Source of the DNA: Laetmonice hystrix
Lineage: Eukaryota
Assembly (NCBI GenBank): GCA_965235115.1
Contig: OZ249436.1
Coordinates: forward strand, 18,602,001-18,666,000
Direction of reading: 5' to 3'
Length of the DNA: 64,000 bases
Position numbers and translations under genes: made by a program. This document shows positions 28,201-43,200 of the stretch, piece after piece. How positions within the stretch are numbered: the stretch's first letter is position 1; the number at the start of each line of letters is the position of its first letter. The notes below the pieces were generated by a model. That model made no database searches. It saw only the letters and a list, made by a program, of their open reading frames with translations, and was not told where the DNA came from.

Positions 28201-31200
28201 CATTGTGCAACTTATTTGTTCAAAGTTGACATACGTTCAGAAACATCGACCATGTACTTGAAAATTAACACAGAACTTGACTTAGAAAACATAAATATAT
28301 CAACAGTAGGCCTACGTTACGTAAGCCATCATGTATCTCATAGACCTCAATGTTTTTCCTCTGTTTTAACATTCTTGCCATGAAAAAGACCAATCATCTG
28401 TAAGCTCATCAACAGAAAATAATAAATGAATAAACATTCATTCTAAATTACAGAACCTGCCAGTTCAGAGGTGTCCTCAACTTGTGAAATGGGTCCTTGA
28501 AGTATGAGTACTTTCAAAGAAAAGGAATGGGATTTTCACATAGAGTTGGCGCCTCTGGCCTGTTACTTAGGCTTAGACAGAGGGCAAACTTTGACCTACA
28601 GTACCACAGGCCTGTCACTGCCCCAAGATGCCCAACCCACCTGGTAGAATATTTTGACAAAATTCCTAGGGAAATATACAAGTCTAAGACTAGTAAGAGT
28701 AGCCGTAATTGACAATCAAGAGTAGACCCTGCTGATAAAATCAGAATCATGCACCTAGTTATCTAGGCATTCTAGAGTTCACATTTATCACGTGTATGCA
28801 ATTCCTACAAAATCATATTTTTTTAGCACCCACAAGTTTATACTGGTAATACATGTACTAATGTTTGTAAGCAGACGTAGTATTGAAGACCTCTATTGTA
28901 CGTGCCTAATAGACCTGAAATGCAATTGGATACATTGTAATCTCTTCATGAAAGAGAGCATCCAACAATTTAATTTCATGACAAACAACTGCTATGAAAT
29001 ACCGTAAATGCTGTAAATGCACATTACAGCAAATCATACACCTACAAAATGATACGTGAATGATAAAATAATTGTTTAATTTGATAGATAGGTCACGAAA
29101 AATGACACTCAACAATCCATTTCTTTTTTTTTTGTGAGTGCAACAAACCTTAAAAACAGTGCAATAATAACAGGTAGAGATTTGATTTAGAATTTACAAA
29201 CTTACACTGCAATCTAAAGCATCTGACTCAGATAGCAAACAGCTGTCTTACTCCATGACTATAATACCATAAACTAACACTGTCTATGTACATCATTGTG
29301 AGCAGAGGTCAGATGATTTTTAACCTCAGGACAGTTCAGATCGCATCACAACACAAGCAAACCAGATATACCAATATACGTCAACCAAGCTACATGGGCC
29401 CTTTCTTACCTCCACATGTACTGCATCCTGCAACACCGGTGCAAAAAGTATTTATTGGCAAAAAGACAGTACTTAAGTGGTATAATTTAATTGCCACAAT
29501 CTTTGCTGGCCCATATGTCATGTGCACAACAATCAGGACAAGGCAGGTGTCTCGTTGGTAGCTTGTCCATCGGCGATTTCCCCTGTTCGAAGGGGGCCCA
29601 CTTGAAGGCACAAAAAGATCTCAAGACCAACACCAAACTATCCTGGGACTCATCTCCCTTATCATCACCTCCCTTCTCAGGCAATTGCAACTCCTTGCAC
29701 TGGCATGATCCAACAGACCCGACACAGCAAACATCCCACACAGGGACAGCAACACCCCCACAGGGACTTCCAAAGAATGGGGCCCTCCTGCACCTCCATT
29801 GTATATTTCTCCAACACCAAGGCACTGACAACTCTTTAAGAACCATTTTCACCAACTTAACCTGTGTAACCTCTCCCTCCCTGGTCTCAGCACCATGTCA
29901 CAGGTATGACCTCAAAGAACTGGCCACGGCCACCACAAAAGGAGAGCATGGGACTGGAGAATGTGAAGGGAAGCCAACTGGCCTACAAGGACAGCGTGTG
30001 GACGTGTCACAGAGTTATGCAGATAACGAGGGGTGACAAAAGACCAAGTACCTTCGGATTCTGCCTATATGGCCCCATATAATCCTCTCTCCTCCTGGGG
30101 GTGGGGACATGGAGGACAGCTGTCTCCGCCTATCCGCGCGTGCGTCCCTCCGAGCGTGCCAAGGTACCTCTGTCCGTGTGAATGCATTTGCGTTGCTGTG
30201 ACCAAGCATGTGAGTGTGATCATGGGAAGAGCGACTGTAACTGTGATGGCCGCGCTGCGGGTCCAGGCCTCCCGTCAACAACCTTTGTGAGGGCAACAAC
30301 TGACACTGTACGCCCAACTAACTCACACTAAGCTCTTGCACAGTGCTCAATCAAACTTACAGCGTTCATCAACGTTCAAACCAAGTGGAAGAATTCCAAA
30401 AGAGAAAATCTCCTGCTCTGCATCCCATCTCGCTGCTGAAAAACTGCCTGTACATGACAGTCTTGAATTGCAACACAAGAAAATCACAAAAATGAAAAAA
30501 TACATTATACAACAATGCAAAACAGTAAAATTGGTTAACACAAGGAGGTTTATATTATTTTGGAAGGATTAGGAACTTAGTGCATGGTAATGTTCGTGGT
30601 TTGTGGTTAAAAATTCTTCTAAAAGCCTGCCCCTGCATCAAAAATGATTACTACTCTAGTTGAAGCCACTGTTCAAACTCAAAGCTTCCATGGGTTAGAG
30701 TTACCAGTAGCTAAAAAGAAGACCCTTTTTAGGTCTGCACTGTGTTTTTTTGTTTGATGTCGTTTCAGAAGTGTGAGCTACACAACATCGGTCCTATTTC
30801 ATTTAAAACCAGTACTTTGCCGGATATTACCTTATACCTGGGATCATTGGTCACGATATTGAGAACGGACTGGTAAGGTTTCAAATTGAAAAAAATAAAG
30901 CTGGAGTAGTGAGATTCTACATCAAGACTCAGCTATTCAAGGTTGTCATGTTTTCTTACCGGTGCAAATTGTTAGTTTATATATCAATGTTTACCACTGT
31001 GCCAGGGTGTATTGAGGACAAAGTACCGGTTTAAGGATGGAATGTGCTTCATTGTTCTATGTTCAAGTTAGTGTTAACAAAAGGATTTAAAGGAATAGAA
31101 GGGAATGTGGTATTCTTCTAAAAGGTTTACAATACTCCTTTCTAACACTTGATAACTTACTTCAGTCAATAGATAATATAGTTCATGATGCTACCTACAA

Positions 31201-34200
31201 CTCACTCTAAAAATCATCAGGGCATAATTATTGTGCAAATTTTGTGGTACCACAAATTTTGTGTTACCCACAACTGAACTTGGATTGATACCTTTATTAC
31301 CTTTCCGTTCCAACTTTTATAACCTTACCACCTTGATTTGTTTTGAAGGAGACTGGCATTGCTCATTACATAAGAATTAATGATCAACGTTTTCCATTAG
31401 ATTTATTTGAATGGAATGAAACAAGTCAGCATACCTTGTAAAATACCTTGTAAAATATGATTAACGGTCTATTTAGAAGGAATATAGATAGTGTCACGTG
31501 GATAAACCTGTCATTATATTCATTTCAATCCAGAAGACCAAAAAATTTAGATAGTGCTGTACCAAAGCATTCAGAAATGTCCATTTTCAATGACAAACCT
31601 AAGAAGACATGCTCATTAATTGCATGACATCAAGAGAATTTAATTACTTTGTTTAATTAGCCTAATTTGGAAATGACCTGTGATGTTATTCTTTTCATAC
31701 GAGATTGGGAGGAGTTTGTAAAGTTTGCACAGGTCAGCATGACCTTCAAGCAAAGACAAAAAGAGCAAAAGCCAAAACCTGACTAAAGGGAACAGACAGA
31801 CAGTCTCATCTTAGAGTGCTCTCGTCCTCATGAGTTTTGCTGATTTTAAGACCTATCACAAGTATCAAGATCATGGGTAGGGAGAGGACTGTTAAAACTA
31901 AATTGTACACGAACACTCCACATGCACATACTTAGAATGTGTGTAAACTTCATTAACTTCATAGTAAAATTTAATAAACATAAATTAAAACCAATGGAGT
32001 ACAAAACGAAAAAATGACATCAAATGAAACTGGACCATCTTACCTGAAAAGAACCTATCAGAGAGTATCAAGTAAATGACTACTATAACGAGAGACAGTC
32101 GAGTGCACTCCCCAACACTGTCCTGAGGCTGGCCAAAAGGGGTTTTCTAGGATTCTATTCCACCATCAGATACTCAATCTCATAGAAGCAAAGTGTTCTA
32201 CTTCTAGGTGCTAATTATAACCCAACGTCCAAAAACATTACAACCCAGACCTACATTCAGAGAATACCAACACCATAGAACCTACCCTGCAGCCTATGGA
32301 ACCGTCCAGTTGTAGAGGACCTAGTTGTGCAGCCCTAAGAACATCTTTAAAATCTCACTAAGATTACGTGGAGAGCCGTACAAGATATACATATTCTGAT
32401 ACATATGCAGCAATGTTGATGCACCAAAGGTGTACCTAGCTTTTGAAGGAAAAAAAATCGAATGACACTTTCTCATAATTCAGACCAAAATCCTTGACAG
32501 ATTAGTTGAGTGGTTTCTTACAAACTAGTGCGACAGCAAGGCAAACTGTACCTTGGAGTGTGACACCAACGGACAATGACACGTTTTTCAAGTGATCGGC
32601 GTTTAAAATGAGCAACAAATACCAAAGCACAAAATTGTGAAGGTATAGGTAATCACACTGAAGCAAGCTAGATTCGTGTCCTAATTTCTCACATATCCTT
32701 CAGCTAAACATCAATCCCCCCCCCCCCAGTCCCCGCTGAAACATCTGAAATAACCCTATGCACTAAGTTATAAGTTTCACTTTCAGGCAAGAAATCTCTT
32801 TATGGCTCAAACAGCCACAGTTTTAAGCATGTGTTCTCTGAGCTGATCTTAAAACTTATAGTGACAAGTAATTATGGTAAATTAATTTTAGGCTAAGTAC
32901 TGTCATATTCTCGCCTAAGCTCAAAAGTGGATGGCAGGTCGTTTTCCTCATGTTCTTACTGATGGATTTAAGTATAAAATGTTCAGCAACCCATTCTGGT
33001 TTCAGTTTGGCAGCAAAGCATTGCTCGTTCCACCATCAATATAAGTGAAGCAAAGACTGGAAAGTAATGCAATAAACAGCAAGCTTGAAAAGACTGACAA
33101 TAGCAGAAGTCAAGTGGTCGCTACATTCCCTCCATACCAGTTGGTAACTTTTTAGGGGTGCTATGGGTATAATAGACGTCGGTCTACAGCGTGAAATTGG
33201 GTGCTGAGGTCAGCCGAGCTCCATTTGACTGACTCCACTCGACCAGGTCCCATGCCATGCATTCTCAGCGAGACAGGCAATAGCTATATGTATCATGTAA
33301 TAAATATATATAAAAATGTTCTATTTTAAAAGAAGTATAAATCTACTGAGTCATAAAAGAACTGCAGTGTACTGTCAGACAACATTCCTAGGAATCGCTG
33401 ATCAATGTTTATTGTTTATTGCACTGCCTATTATGCAACTCACAAAACACAAAACTCACAAAACAAGAACCTGTCGGAGTCACAGCCCCCAACTGGGTAG
33501 AGACTAAATCTGCGGGTCTAGGAACTAGGCATACTTTGTATTTTTGAGATACAGTCCATTTGAGAACATCCATGTTAGATGTGTCACAAAGAAAATTCAT
33601 ATCTTCAGCCATCATTTGTAGTAAGTGGTTATCATGAAGTGTTTTCGAGATATGAATTGTTGAAAATGTCCCTGACCATTAATTAACTGACCTCACAAGG
33701 TCACTCAATGTAAACGCAAATAGTGACAAATGAAACTAACGATTACCTAACCTTAGTTTTTTGAAATTATATGGTTACCTTGTCCACTTATATTTAATCT
33801 CAACACAAAATAAATTGGCACGCCTGATGCCCCTCATATGCCTTCTCTTGTCACCTAGTTTGAAAGAAATCCAGACAATTTTGTCCGAGTTATTGCTCCA
33901 AGTGAATACCCAAGATGACCACCAAGCAACCATTTTGAATGATATCAAAAAAACATGTGTTTGACCTGTGTCCATGATCATTATCATTATTTTCATCAGA
34001 GCTCTGTTCACGCTAGCAATTTTGAAATTGGGGTCCAAGGGCACAGTACCATCTAAAATTAGAGCATAATACATTTCAATTTTGCACCCCCGTTCCATAT
34101 TATGCGTAAATATGCAGGAAAATTATGTTAACGCAAATGCTGTCTCATGCAAGATTATGTCGTTATCTTTAACTGTTTTGGAGGTAAAGGCCATTGAAAA

Positions 34201-37200
34201 TATGCAAAACCTTGATTGATCTTTCAAGGTCACTCAAGGTCATGGAAAATTGCCCAAACAAAACTTCATACACGACTTCATATCTGTCAATAATAGACTC
34301 TATTGCATTATTTAGCACGGTTTTCAAGATATGAGTCAAAACAGTGATATTTGGGGGTCGAAAAACAAATATGGCCACCATATGGCCATATTTACTCTGA
34401 ACTGAGAATACATTGGGACATACATTGCACCTCATATGCTCCTTTCTCGCACCAAATTAGAAAGAAGTCAGGATTGTTTTGTTCAAGTTATTATTCGAAA
34501 TGTGCTTACATCCAAGATGGCTACCAAGCAGCCATTTTGAATATCAAAAATCTGTTTCACGTGCATCAGACCGTCCCCGATTATCATGTAAAGTTTCATA
34601 CAATTTGACTCATTCGCTTCTGAGAGATGGCTGTCTACGGACACTGGGACAGACATACAGACAGAGGACGAATTAGAAGCCTCCGGATTGGGGCTAAAAA
34701 CTAAAAAGACATCAATGGGAGACTCGAAATGCATGTGCAACGGAGCATTCCAGGCACATCCACGTGGCGGCAGCACTGTCATGCTGGTCCCTGCTATAGC
34801 ACATTGGCATTGGTTTGGATAGGACGACAAAGTTCTAATCTGTGCAAGGATGCCGTAACTGTAATTATTAGTAACATTTAAGGGTTCGACGAGTTCAGGA
34901 GGTCCTATACACTGTAATTTTTCATAATAAAAAGCTGTAACGCATCTGGACACAGCTTGGCATTTCTTCGTCCTATCTAATCTTGTGCTACCTTGTCGGA
35001 GCGAGGACAGGTGCAACATTGCTGCCACCATGCGGAACAAGATTTTTACGAGTCGCCCATTGCAAAGACAAAGAAGTGCTGCCCTGGATATGTAAAATAT
35101 TGCCTCCATAGACTTCGTTTCTACAAATAAATAAATTCCTAAAAAAAATAAGGGGAAGATTCGCACATAAAATTATAATTGTACAAATATTTTACATTCT
35201 GCGGGTCAATGTAAAATTACTATGTAATTACCTATTAGCTATGCGTTGTCTTATTTACTTATGTCCAAATGTAACTTACTGTTTAAAGTTTTTTGGGGTT
35301 TTTTTTGGTGATCCTGTCATTTATGGGTCATAGCTTAGGGAGCACTACCGTAATCCCCCATGAACAAGCCACACTTTTTTCCTCCACAAAATGCGGCTTA
35401 TAGATGGTCACATGTGTTTGACGACAGCTTTTAAGGTAGTTCAAGATATTATCCCTAGGTCCCTAGGTTCCCAATGGGAACTGGCCTGCTATACGGTACC
35501 AAAAGCTGTGGTGTTCCCGTAACACCCATTGTTTTACGTCTCAATCCATGATGGGTTCCAAAAATAAAGGTATGTCCTATTGTTTTCAATGCCCAGGGAA
35601 AGCAACAACAACCCGATTAACAATGGGAGGTGATGGTGACACTGGTGTCTGGACAGTGACCTTTCACACTATGGCCAGGCTGGTGAAGCATCTAGCTAAT
35701 ACATGTCTCAGAATGGCTCATATGGTTGACGGTTGGGGCCCAACTGGCGTCAGAAACATTTTTTTTATTACTTTTGCTCCAAAAACGGCCTGCGGCTTAT
35801 ACATGGCTTCGGCTTGTAGATGGAAGATTACCGTAATTATACTAAGATTGATAACATTAACCCAAAATTCTTATAGAAGAAATAATCTTAAATGTTTCTC
35901 ATGAAAGTTAAACTAAATATAATCCGCTGGTTTATGGGTTCATTGTTATGGTGAAGGGGAGTGCACCATTCTACGTTCTTATACATATTCCAATCAGGCA
36001 AAATTAAACCTAGAAAAAATTAAATGCAGATCAATTACGTTTTGAAACAAGATGTTGATTTTTTCTTTTTGGTTTTGTTTTTTAAACCAAAAAAAGTGTT
36101 AAGTAAAATATTTGTGGAAAACAATACATCAAGATGTATGTGAACTTAAATATTCTTTCATTTTCACATTTATGACGACTAAAATAGTTCCTATTTGGCA
36201 ACACCAAAACATATACAAGTATCACAGACGTATATACAAACATAAATTTATGTTTGCATGATAAAACAAATCTACCGTTGAACACTTTCATTCCATAAAA
36301 TTAATAAATACACCTATGAAGTGTTAATTGGGAATACAACATTGTTAAGAAAAGCAGTATGTGAATAAGTAACTGCAGGTAGAGTCCAGTGCTGTACAGC
36401 CAATCATAAGCTTTGTGCTGGCGTGCAATCTGGGAAACCAAAAACTTTACAACAAGCTCTTTTCAGTTCATCAGGTTATGGCCCTGTGTTCTTATCCATC
36501 TCCATTAAGACGTTAAAGCTGCTCGACATTGGCCAATATTCAAGGCATCTTATTTTGAGAAGAACTCTTGAGGTAGTAAACTAACTAGTACTAACCAGTA
36601 TCATCTTCCAAAAATATTACACTCGTAACAAAATATCACTTCCGTCATCTCTACTTATAATACTATAAATTTTGATGTCGAAATGATATTTTCAAAGTTT
36701 GCTTTATTTCCTGCATTAAGAATTAAAATACAGACAAATGGTGTAAGAATACAGGAGACTTTTCCAGGTTTTGACCACTATGTTGAGACTGAAAAGGCTT
36801 TATGTATGAAACAAGTTCTATCATAGAGCTGATAGAATGGCGCTCAGCAGAAGACACACACGTGTATCACCATAGCCACCTTAGCAAACGTACGTTATAC
36901 ATACATACACGCTCTGAAAAAAATTATTGGACCACCTACTTTCTTGAGCATTTCTGGGAATTTATTTAACCATTCACTCACTGCAACAACAAAACTACCT
37001 CGCTTCTGTTACATCAATTAATGACAAACAAAATAACGACAATGTTACGTGTTATATCACTTGAGTTCCTTATTACCATAAAAAAGCTGTTCTTAGGACA
37101 AGCTTTTGTACTCATTTCATTGTCTGAAGCAACTCCCATCCGTTGCGCATAAGATTAAGAACAAGCAGTAATTATGTTAGAGACATTCAGTAGCAAGTTC

Positions 37201-40200
37201 ACTTTTCATGCCTAGAGAGGTTGGCAGTCAGTACTTGGTGCTGTAGCCTTTATTCTTGATGACAGGAGCCATGTGTCTGGGCTCTGGAAAAAAAAAATTA
37301 TTGCACCACTTGCTGTCATGGATATTGGGACTTACTTAACTTAACTTGGCTTAACTTACAGAAGGTACTCTGAGGCCTTTTGCATTAAACACTGGAATAA
37401 CCTGCATAAGATCCATAGCCTTTGTTGAAAAAATGAATGAACAGAGGTGGTAGGAAGGCAAGATTAGGAGAAGACATTCTTATCCAAATTCTAAAACAGT
37501 TGTGCTAATTTAGACATGTGCCTCTGAGTATTGATGATGAACTCGACATGAACATCACAGAAATATCCATGACAGCAAGTGGTGCAATAATTTGTTTTCC
37601 AGAGCCCAGACACATGGCTCCTGTCATCAAGAATAAAGGCTACACCAACAAGTACTGACTGCCAACCTCTCTAGGCATCAAAAGTGAACTTGCTACTGAA
37701 TGTCTGTAACATTACCGCTTGTTCTTATGTACAATATACCGGTAATAACGGATGGGGGGTGCTTCAGACAATGAAATGAGTACAAAAGCTTGGGCTAACA
37801 ACTGCTTTTTTATGGTAATAAGGGACTAAAGTGATTAACTAACACATAACATTGTTGTTATTTTGTTATGCATTCATTGATGCCATGTGTAACAGAAGCG
37901 AGGCAGTTTTGTCATTGCAGTGAGTGAATGGTTTAAGAATAAATTCCCAGAAATGCCCAAGAAAGTAGGTGGTCCAATAATTTTTTCCAGAGCTGTATAT
38001 ATATGCCGCCAAGTCACTGTACAGAAGTCAACATTACACTACAGAGCTATACACTTCATAGTTGATGGTCCTTACAGAGTACACAACCCAACTGTGCATT
38101 TTTTTGGGCACATGCTATCATGAATTATTACAAGATATCTCGATAATTACGTAAAGGCCAGTGTGCACCTTCCATTTGTTATCCTGCAGCTGAACTACTT
38201 GTTTGTTTTTTTAGACTATTCTAATTGTAAGACTATGTAATCACAACATCGACAGAAGTTCTTGCTCATCACTAAAGAAGTCAAGCTTGTGCTATTATAT
38301 AATATATAACTTTTTTGTGGTAATCTCTGTGCAGGACTGAGCGTCATGGTGGTCATAGTAATGCATGGTGCGTTTCCTGGACAAACCACAGGTGTATTGT
38401 AACCTGTGTTATCCAAGTACTTACATCTGTGTCGGGTGACCCATACTGGCCAGTGTCTGTGTGGTGGGTGGGGAGCGCGAGTTCTGACGCTGTCCATCAA
38501 ACGTCAGCTTCAGTGCTTTACGTCTGGCTGCTAAAAGAACACCAAGTCAAGAAATATATTTATATATATATATTTGAACTTGAAATTTGACAAGGATTCT
38601 AAATCCGCCATTATTTTTCAGATTGGAGTATGTTGGGGTACATCAACTTTTTGTTGAAATTGACCTATATAGTGGATCACATGACCTTGAGATGACCTTT
38701 CCTGAAATTTAAATTCCCGCATGTTGCGAAAACATATAAATGTTTCAGAGGTGTAATATTCTTTGTTTATTAGCAATACACATTCAAAAACTGCATGTCC
38801 ATGAAAATGGTCACATTTCACAAAATTGGTGATCACTGATTTTGAACATTTGAATGATTCTACCATCAGTGTTCATTACAGGCCACGCATTTGCGTCATT
38901 CACGCATGTTTTTTTCTACTGACGCTAATTCCATGGTGTGCCTGCGCCAATATGGCGCACTCCCCACAATACTGGCGCAAACTGTGTGATGTGAATAGGC
39001 CGCCATATATAAATTGGTCAAAACTTACCATTTTAATTAGTTTAAAATACTTAAAGGAGAAGTCTAGTCAAAAATCACATTTGGACAGCTGCAGGGCCTC
39101 TAGGCCTATACTCACCTTTCAGAGTAGTGGCTGGAAATAAATGTTCCCCCATTCCAAGAAGTCATATGTTCACATGACAACCGTGTCAAAATCACTGGCT
39201 TCAGCGGCGCAGCCATTTGTCGGGCTGGCCGGAAGTAAGTGACGTCCTTGTGCCCATCTATTGCAAGCAGGGGCTAGGCTATAGACTAGGCTAAAGGCGG
39301 CCGAGGCGGGTGGGCAAATCGACGGGGGTCAGTCCCACAGTCACAGTCACAACTAAAGATCTGTGGCAACTAAAGGTCTGTGCTGACCACAGGAGTCTGA
39401 CTCCTGGAGTGCCCGCAGTAGTAGTCAGAGTGGTGCCCGAGCCACGTGGCGCTGATCTCCGTCAACATCACACCTCCGAGCGGGATGAATTGAATGCAGG
39501 CAGCCAAAACCCACGGCTGCCCAGATCCGTGTCCACCCTGATATATCCCCTGACATCGGTAGGCTTAATTCCTAGCCATTCCTGATCACTATCGATGGTT
39601 TTCGTCTATGTTCTAACAAATTTTGCTTATAAGCTGTCAACGTTCGCTACCAACACGGGACACGCCCGATACGTTCCCGAGCCGCCATTGTTTCCCCAAC
39701 TCCTTCCACCATGATGGAGTGTCAGACAACATTTCCTGACTGATAAAACGTACACGCAAAATGTTCAGTGTTTAAACTCGTCATCTCCATGTCCCGTTCG
39801 TCAGCGATTTGAAGCACTTCAAAACAAATCGTCTGAGCATGCGCAAGGGTTCTGCGTATCACGTGTGTCAACAAAATTCACGTGCAAACGATGGACAGAG
39901 CTGTTTTTCCAGATAGCCAGCAAGGGGGCTCCAAAAACTTCGATTTTCATGCAAAATGGAACCGATAACTCTGTCTTCGTTTACCAAGCAATTGTAATGA
40001 AGGATCTCTTCGTGAAAACAGCAAAAGTTCTTTGAAATACCGATTTTTCACGTTTCCTTATAATATGCCCCTTTAAATGATCATTAACATGCCCCATCTA
40101 CCACACAAACCGAGTCCTGCATGGGGGCCCGGCTGCCATCTTGGGTTGCGCAGCCGTACTTAGCGCAGATGTCAACGCCATATATTTTTGCAAGCTTTGA

Positions 40201-43200
40201 GTTGGATCTCATTAGCTGCATAGCTTTTCCTGCCTATGAGGCAAAGGAAACATCCATGTCCATGACCCATGTAATTTCACTCATGAGCCCCATTTCCAGA
40301 ACCCTATGGACCCTTGGCCCCTTCTCTCCAAAACCTCTAATGAACACTGTACCATGATAGGATATATTTGTATAAGGTACAAATGGTTTTTATAATTTAT
40401 TAGATCCAACTCATCAAAAGCTTTCATGGGATCTCCACTTTTGCCTATGTAGCAATAATATTTTAAAGGGAAAAGTGAGTATCTCCTCAAAATTTGAAAT
40501 CCATTACATCATCGTGAAATTTTTACATAATATTCCTCAACTACTGTAGAATCTGAAAGTAAGTTAAAAAAAAAAGGGGTTACCATACTTAATTTTGAGT
40601 TAAAGGACATAAAAGTAATGTGTCAGTCTTTCTGTTGATATATTTACATGTATTTTGATAATTACTTAATTACTTTTGTAATATTTATTAATGAAGATTT
40701 AGCAATTTAGTTTTAAAAATTTAGCTATGTCTAACAAAGATATCAAACATCAATCTATAATATTATCAGTTATTTGCTATTATTTCTTAGTTAAAACTAA
40801 GGGAGGGTCATGAATATGCTCGAGCTCTTCTTAGAGCGAACAGACTGTAGTTGGGTCCAACACAACCAACCCACCCCCTTGGCAGGGATCACTAGTATTC
40901 CAATATGGCCAAGCTCCCATAAGTCATTGCGAATAGGGGCAGTTAAGGCAAACTCAATGGGCACCGGTGGATAGAAGCGCCAGCGACCCCTATCATTGGG
41001 AACCATTGAAAATCTAGCTCGGAACACTAGTCGGTTCGTGTGACATGGGTTCATTAACATGCAAATTTGGCCAGTGTGTCAGCAGGCATGCATTCGGGGG
41101 CCCTACCCGGCTTAACTCCAGACCTTAGGTTTTGACGGGCGCGATCACGCTCGCACGCCATCGCGCCCCTAAAAAGCTTCTAAAGGAGAGGAGCGAAAAT
41201 ACGCGCCCGTACTTGCTATTCAATAGCGCACCTTGGCAAACATGCTGGAGGGTTTCTAGATCGCTGGTGGTTTGGCCCCACCATGATAATGTTGACATCA
41301 ATCAATCTAGCGTATATTTTCGATCACTGCCATGTTGTACTTTTGTCCCGAATACAATATACGTGTACTACAACGTATTTGACTGGCTTCCCACTTTGAT
41401 AGCCGTGTTACCATTGGTCCGACCAATCTGCGTCATCGCACCCAGATGTGTGCTCCTATTAAAGATTGGTCACTTTGCATAATTTTTTGCATAAATTTAC
41501 CAATTATCTTTTTATTTATACCTTGAAACGTGTGTATGATAGCCAGATCTACAAATATAACAGTTACAAAGTGTATAGAGTCACGTATACCACTGATCAT
41601 TTAGTTCTTTTCTTTGAAAGGTAATATGGTCAGAATTGTAAGTTTTAATCGGTATAGTCTTCACAATAAAATGTTTGTCACTCGGGACGGTCGGCTCTCT
41701 GTGTATACAGACCACCGGCTGTGAATAGCCCGGCGTCGGCAACTGACTACTGATAAGGTTGGGGCCGCGGTGACTCCCCCATTCCTCCCAGTCAGGGTGG
41801 GTTGGACCCTTGCTGAGAACAGACTTAATTGAATAGCTGTGCCTTTGTCTTTATAAAGTCTGTAGGTGTAACTGTCTAAGATATTATATTGGAAGAGTAT
41901 AATTATATTCTTGAATCTGATATTGGGGGAGAACAAGAGAACTCTTGGCCAGCTCTGCCTTTGGTTGAGTGAGCTAGCAGGTTGGTGTGGATGGTTCCAC
42001 GGTTGGCTGAATCACAGGACAGTCAAAGTAAAGTAGAGAAAAATGTAGGTAAGCACTTAGGCCTTAATCACCATTTACCTGAATTTGACCTCTGACCTTT
42101 GATCTTTTGGAGATCTACGTCAAAGATGGAAAACAGCTTAAAATGCATCTCCACCTTTGATATTTTTCAATATGTAGCCAAAGTGTATCTGAAGAGTCTC
42201 ATTAGGTGACTCTTTATGGGTTGACTGCTAATGCCTGTTGAAACCTCGACATTGGCGTAATAGTAATTTTAAATGGTTCACTTGCGCCGCTGACATGGTG
42301 GTCTGACCAAACCGGGCCCCCGGCGTACCACTGGGGGGAGACGGGGGGTCCACACAAATAAGGAATTTGACTTATAAATATTAAGAGAGTCACGTGACTT
42401 TAAAATTTGTCACTTTTGACATTTTTTGCTAAAATTGCTTCAGTCAGATAGGAATCGTGTATTTGTTCGTGAACCAGATTTGTGCTGCTATTAACGATTG
42501 GTATCTTTGCATAGATTTTTTCATAAATTTATCAATATTTCTAAGACAATAATTTTGTATTGATGATAAAATATATATGTAATTTGATTTTGATGGGCTC
42601 TATCTTGAAACAGTTTTAAGATAGCCATATGCAAATACAACAATAATTGTTGTAATTATTGTAAAGTGTATAGATTCATGTATACCACTGATTGTTTAGT
42701 TCTTTTGGGGGAAAGGTAATCTGGCCAAAATTGTAACTTTTAATGGGTATAATCTTCACAATAATATTTTTGCACTCTGACGGAACTTGGCATCTCTGAA
42801 TACACAGATCTCCTACTGTGACGCGGCCGCCTGGGGTCGGCAGAGTTACGTAAGGGCTGGTGATAAGGGCCCGCCGGTTGGTCGTGACTACTCCCCCCTT
42901 CCTCCCAGTCAGGGTGGGGTTGGAGAAATGTGTATTCTAAACTGACATTACTGAATTAGCTGTGCCTCTAAACTGTAGGTGTAACTGTCTAATACATGTT
43001 TCTGGATACTCCCCCTTTCCTCCCAGTCAGGGTGGGGTTGGAGGAATATGTGTATTCAGAACTGACATCTAACTGAATTAACTCCGGTTTTGAACTTTAG
43101 GTGTAACTGTCTAACGTATGTTTTTGAATCTTACATGGGAGGAGAGCTGAATAAAAGAATACTTTGATTGTTGGCTGTGGAATTAAGGTGACATGCCAAA

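Noticed and set aside
29487..30320. Cluster of ORFs with possible gag zinc-knuckle / DTGA protease traces
   Set aside because: Motifs appear only by assuming frameshifts; too degenerate to call.
30361..30447. 87-nt exon-like segment with GTAAGT donor in intron 2
   Set aside because: In the required phase 2 it reads into TGA TGA, and the alternative acceptor shifts the frame. It could be a poison exon, but nothing supports that without RNA data.
34483..35166. 227-aa minus-strand ORF
   Set aside because: Runs into a HINE-like repeat, has no recognisable domain and no splice support.
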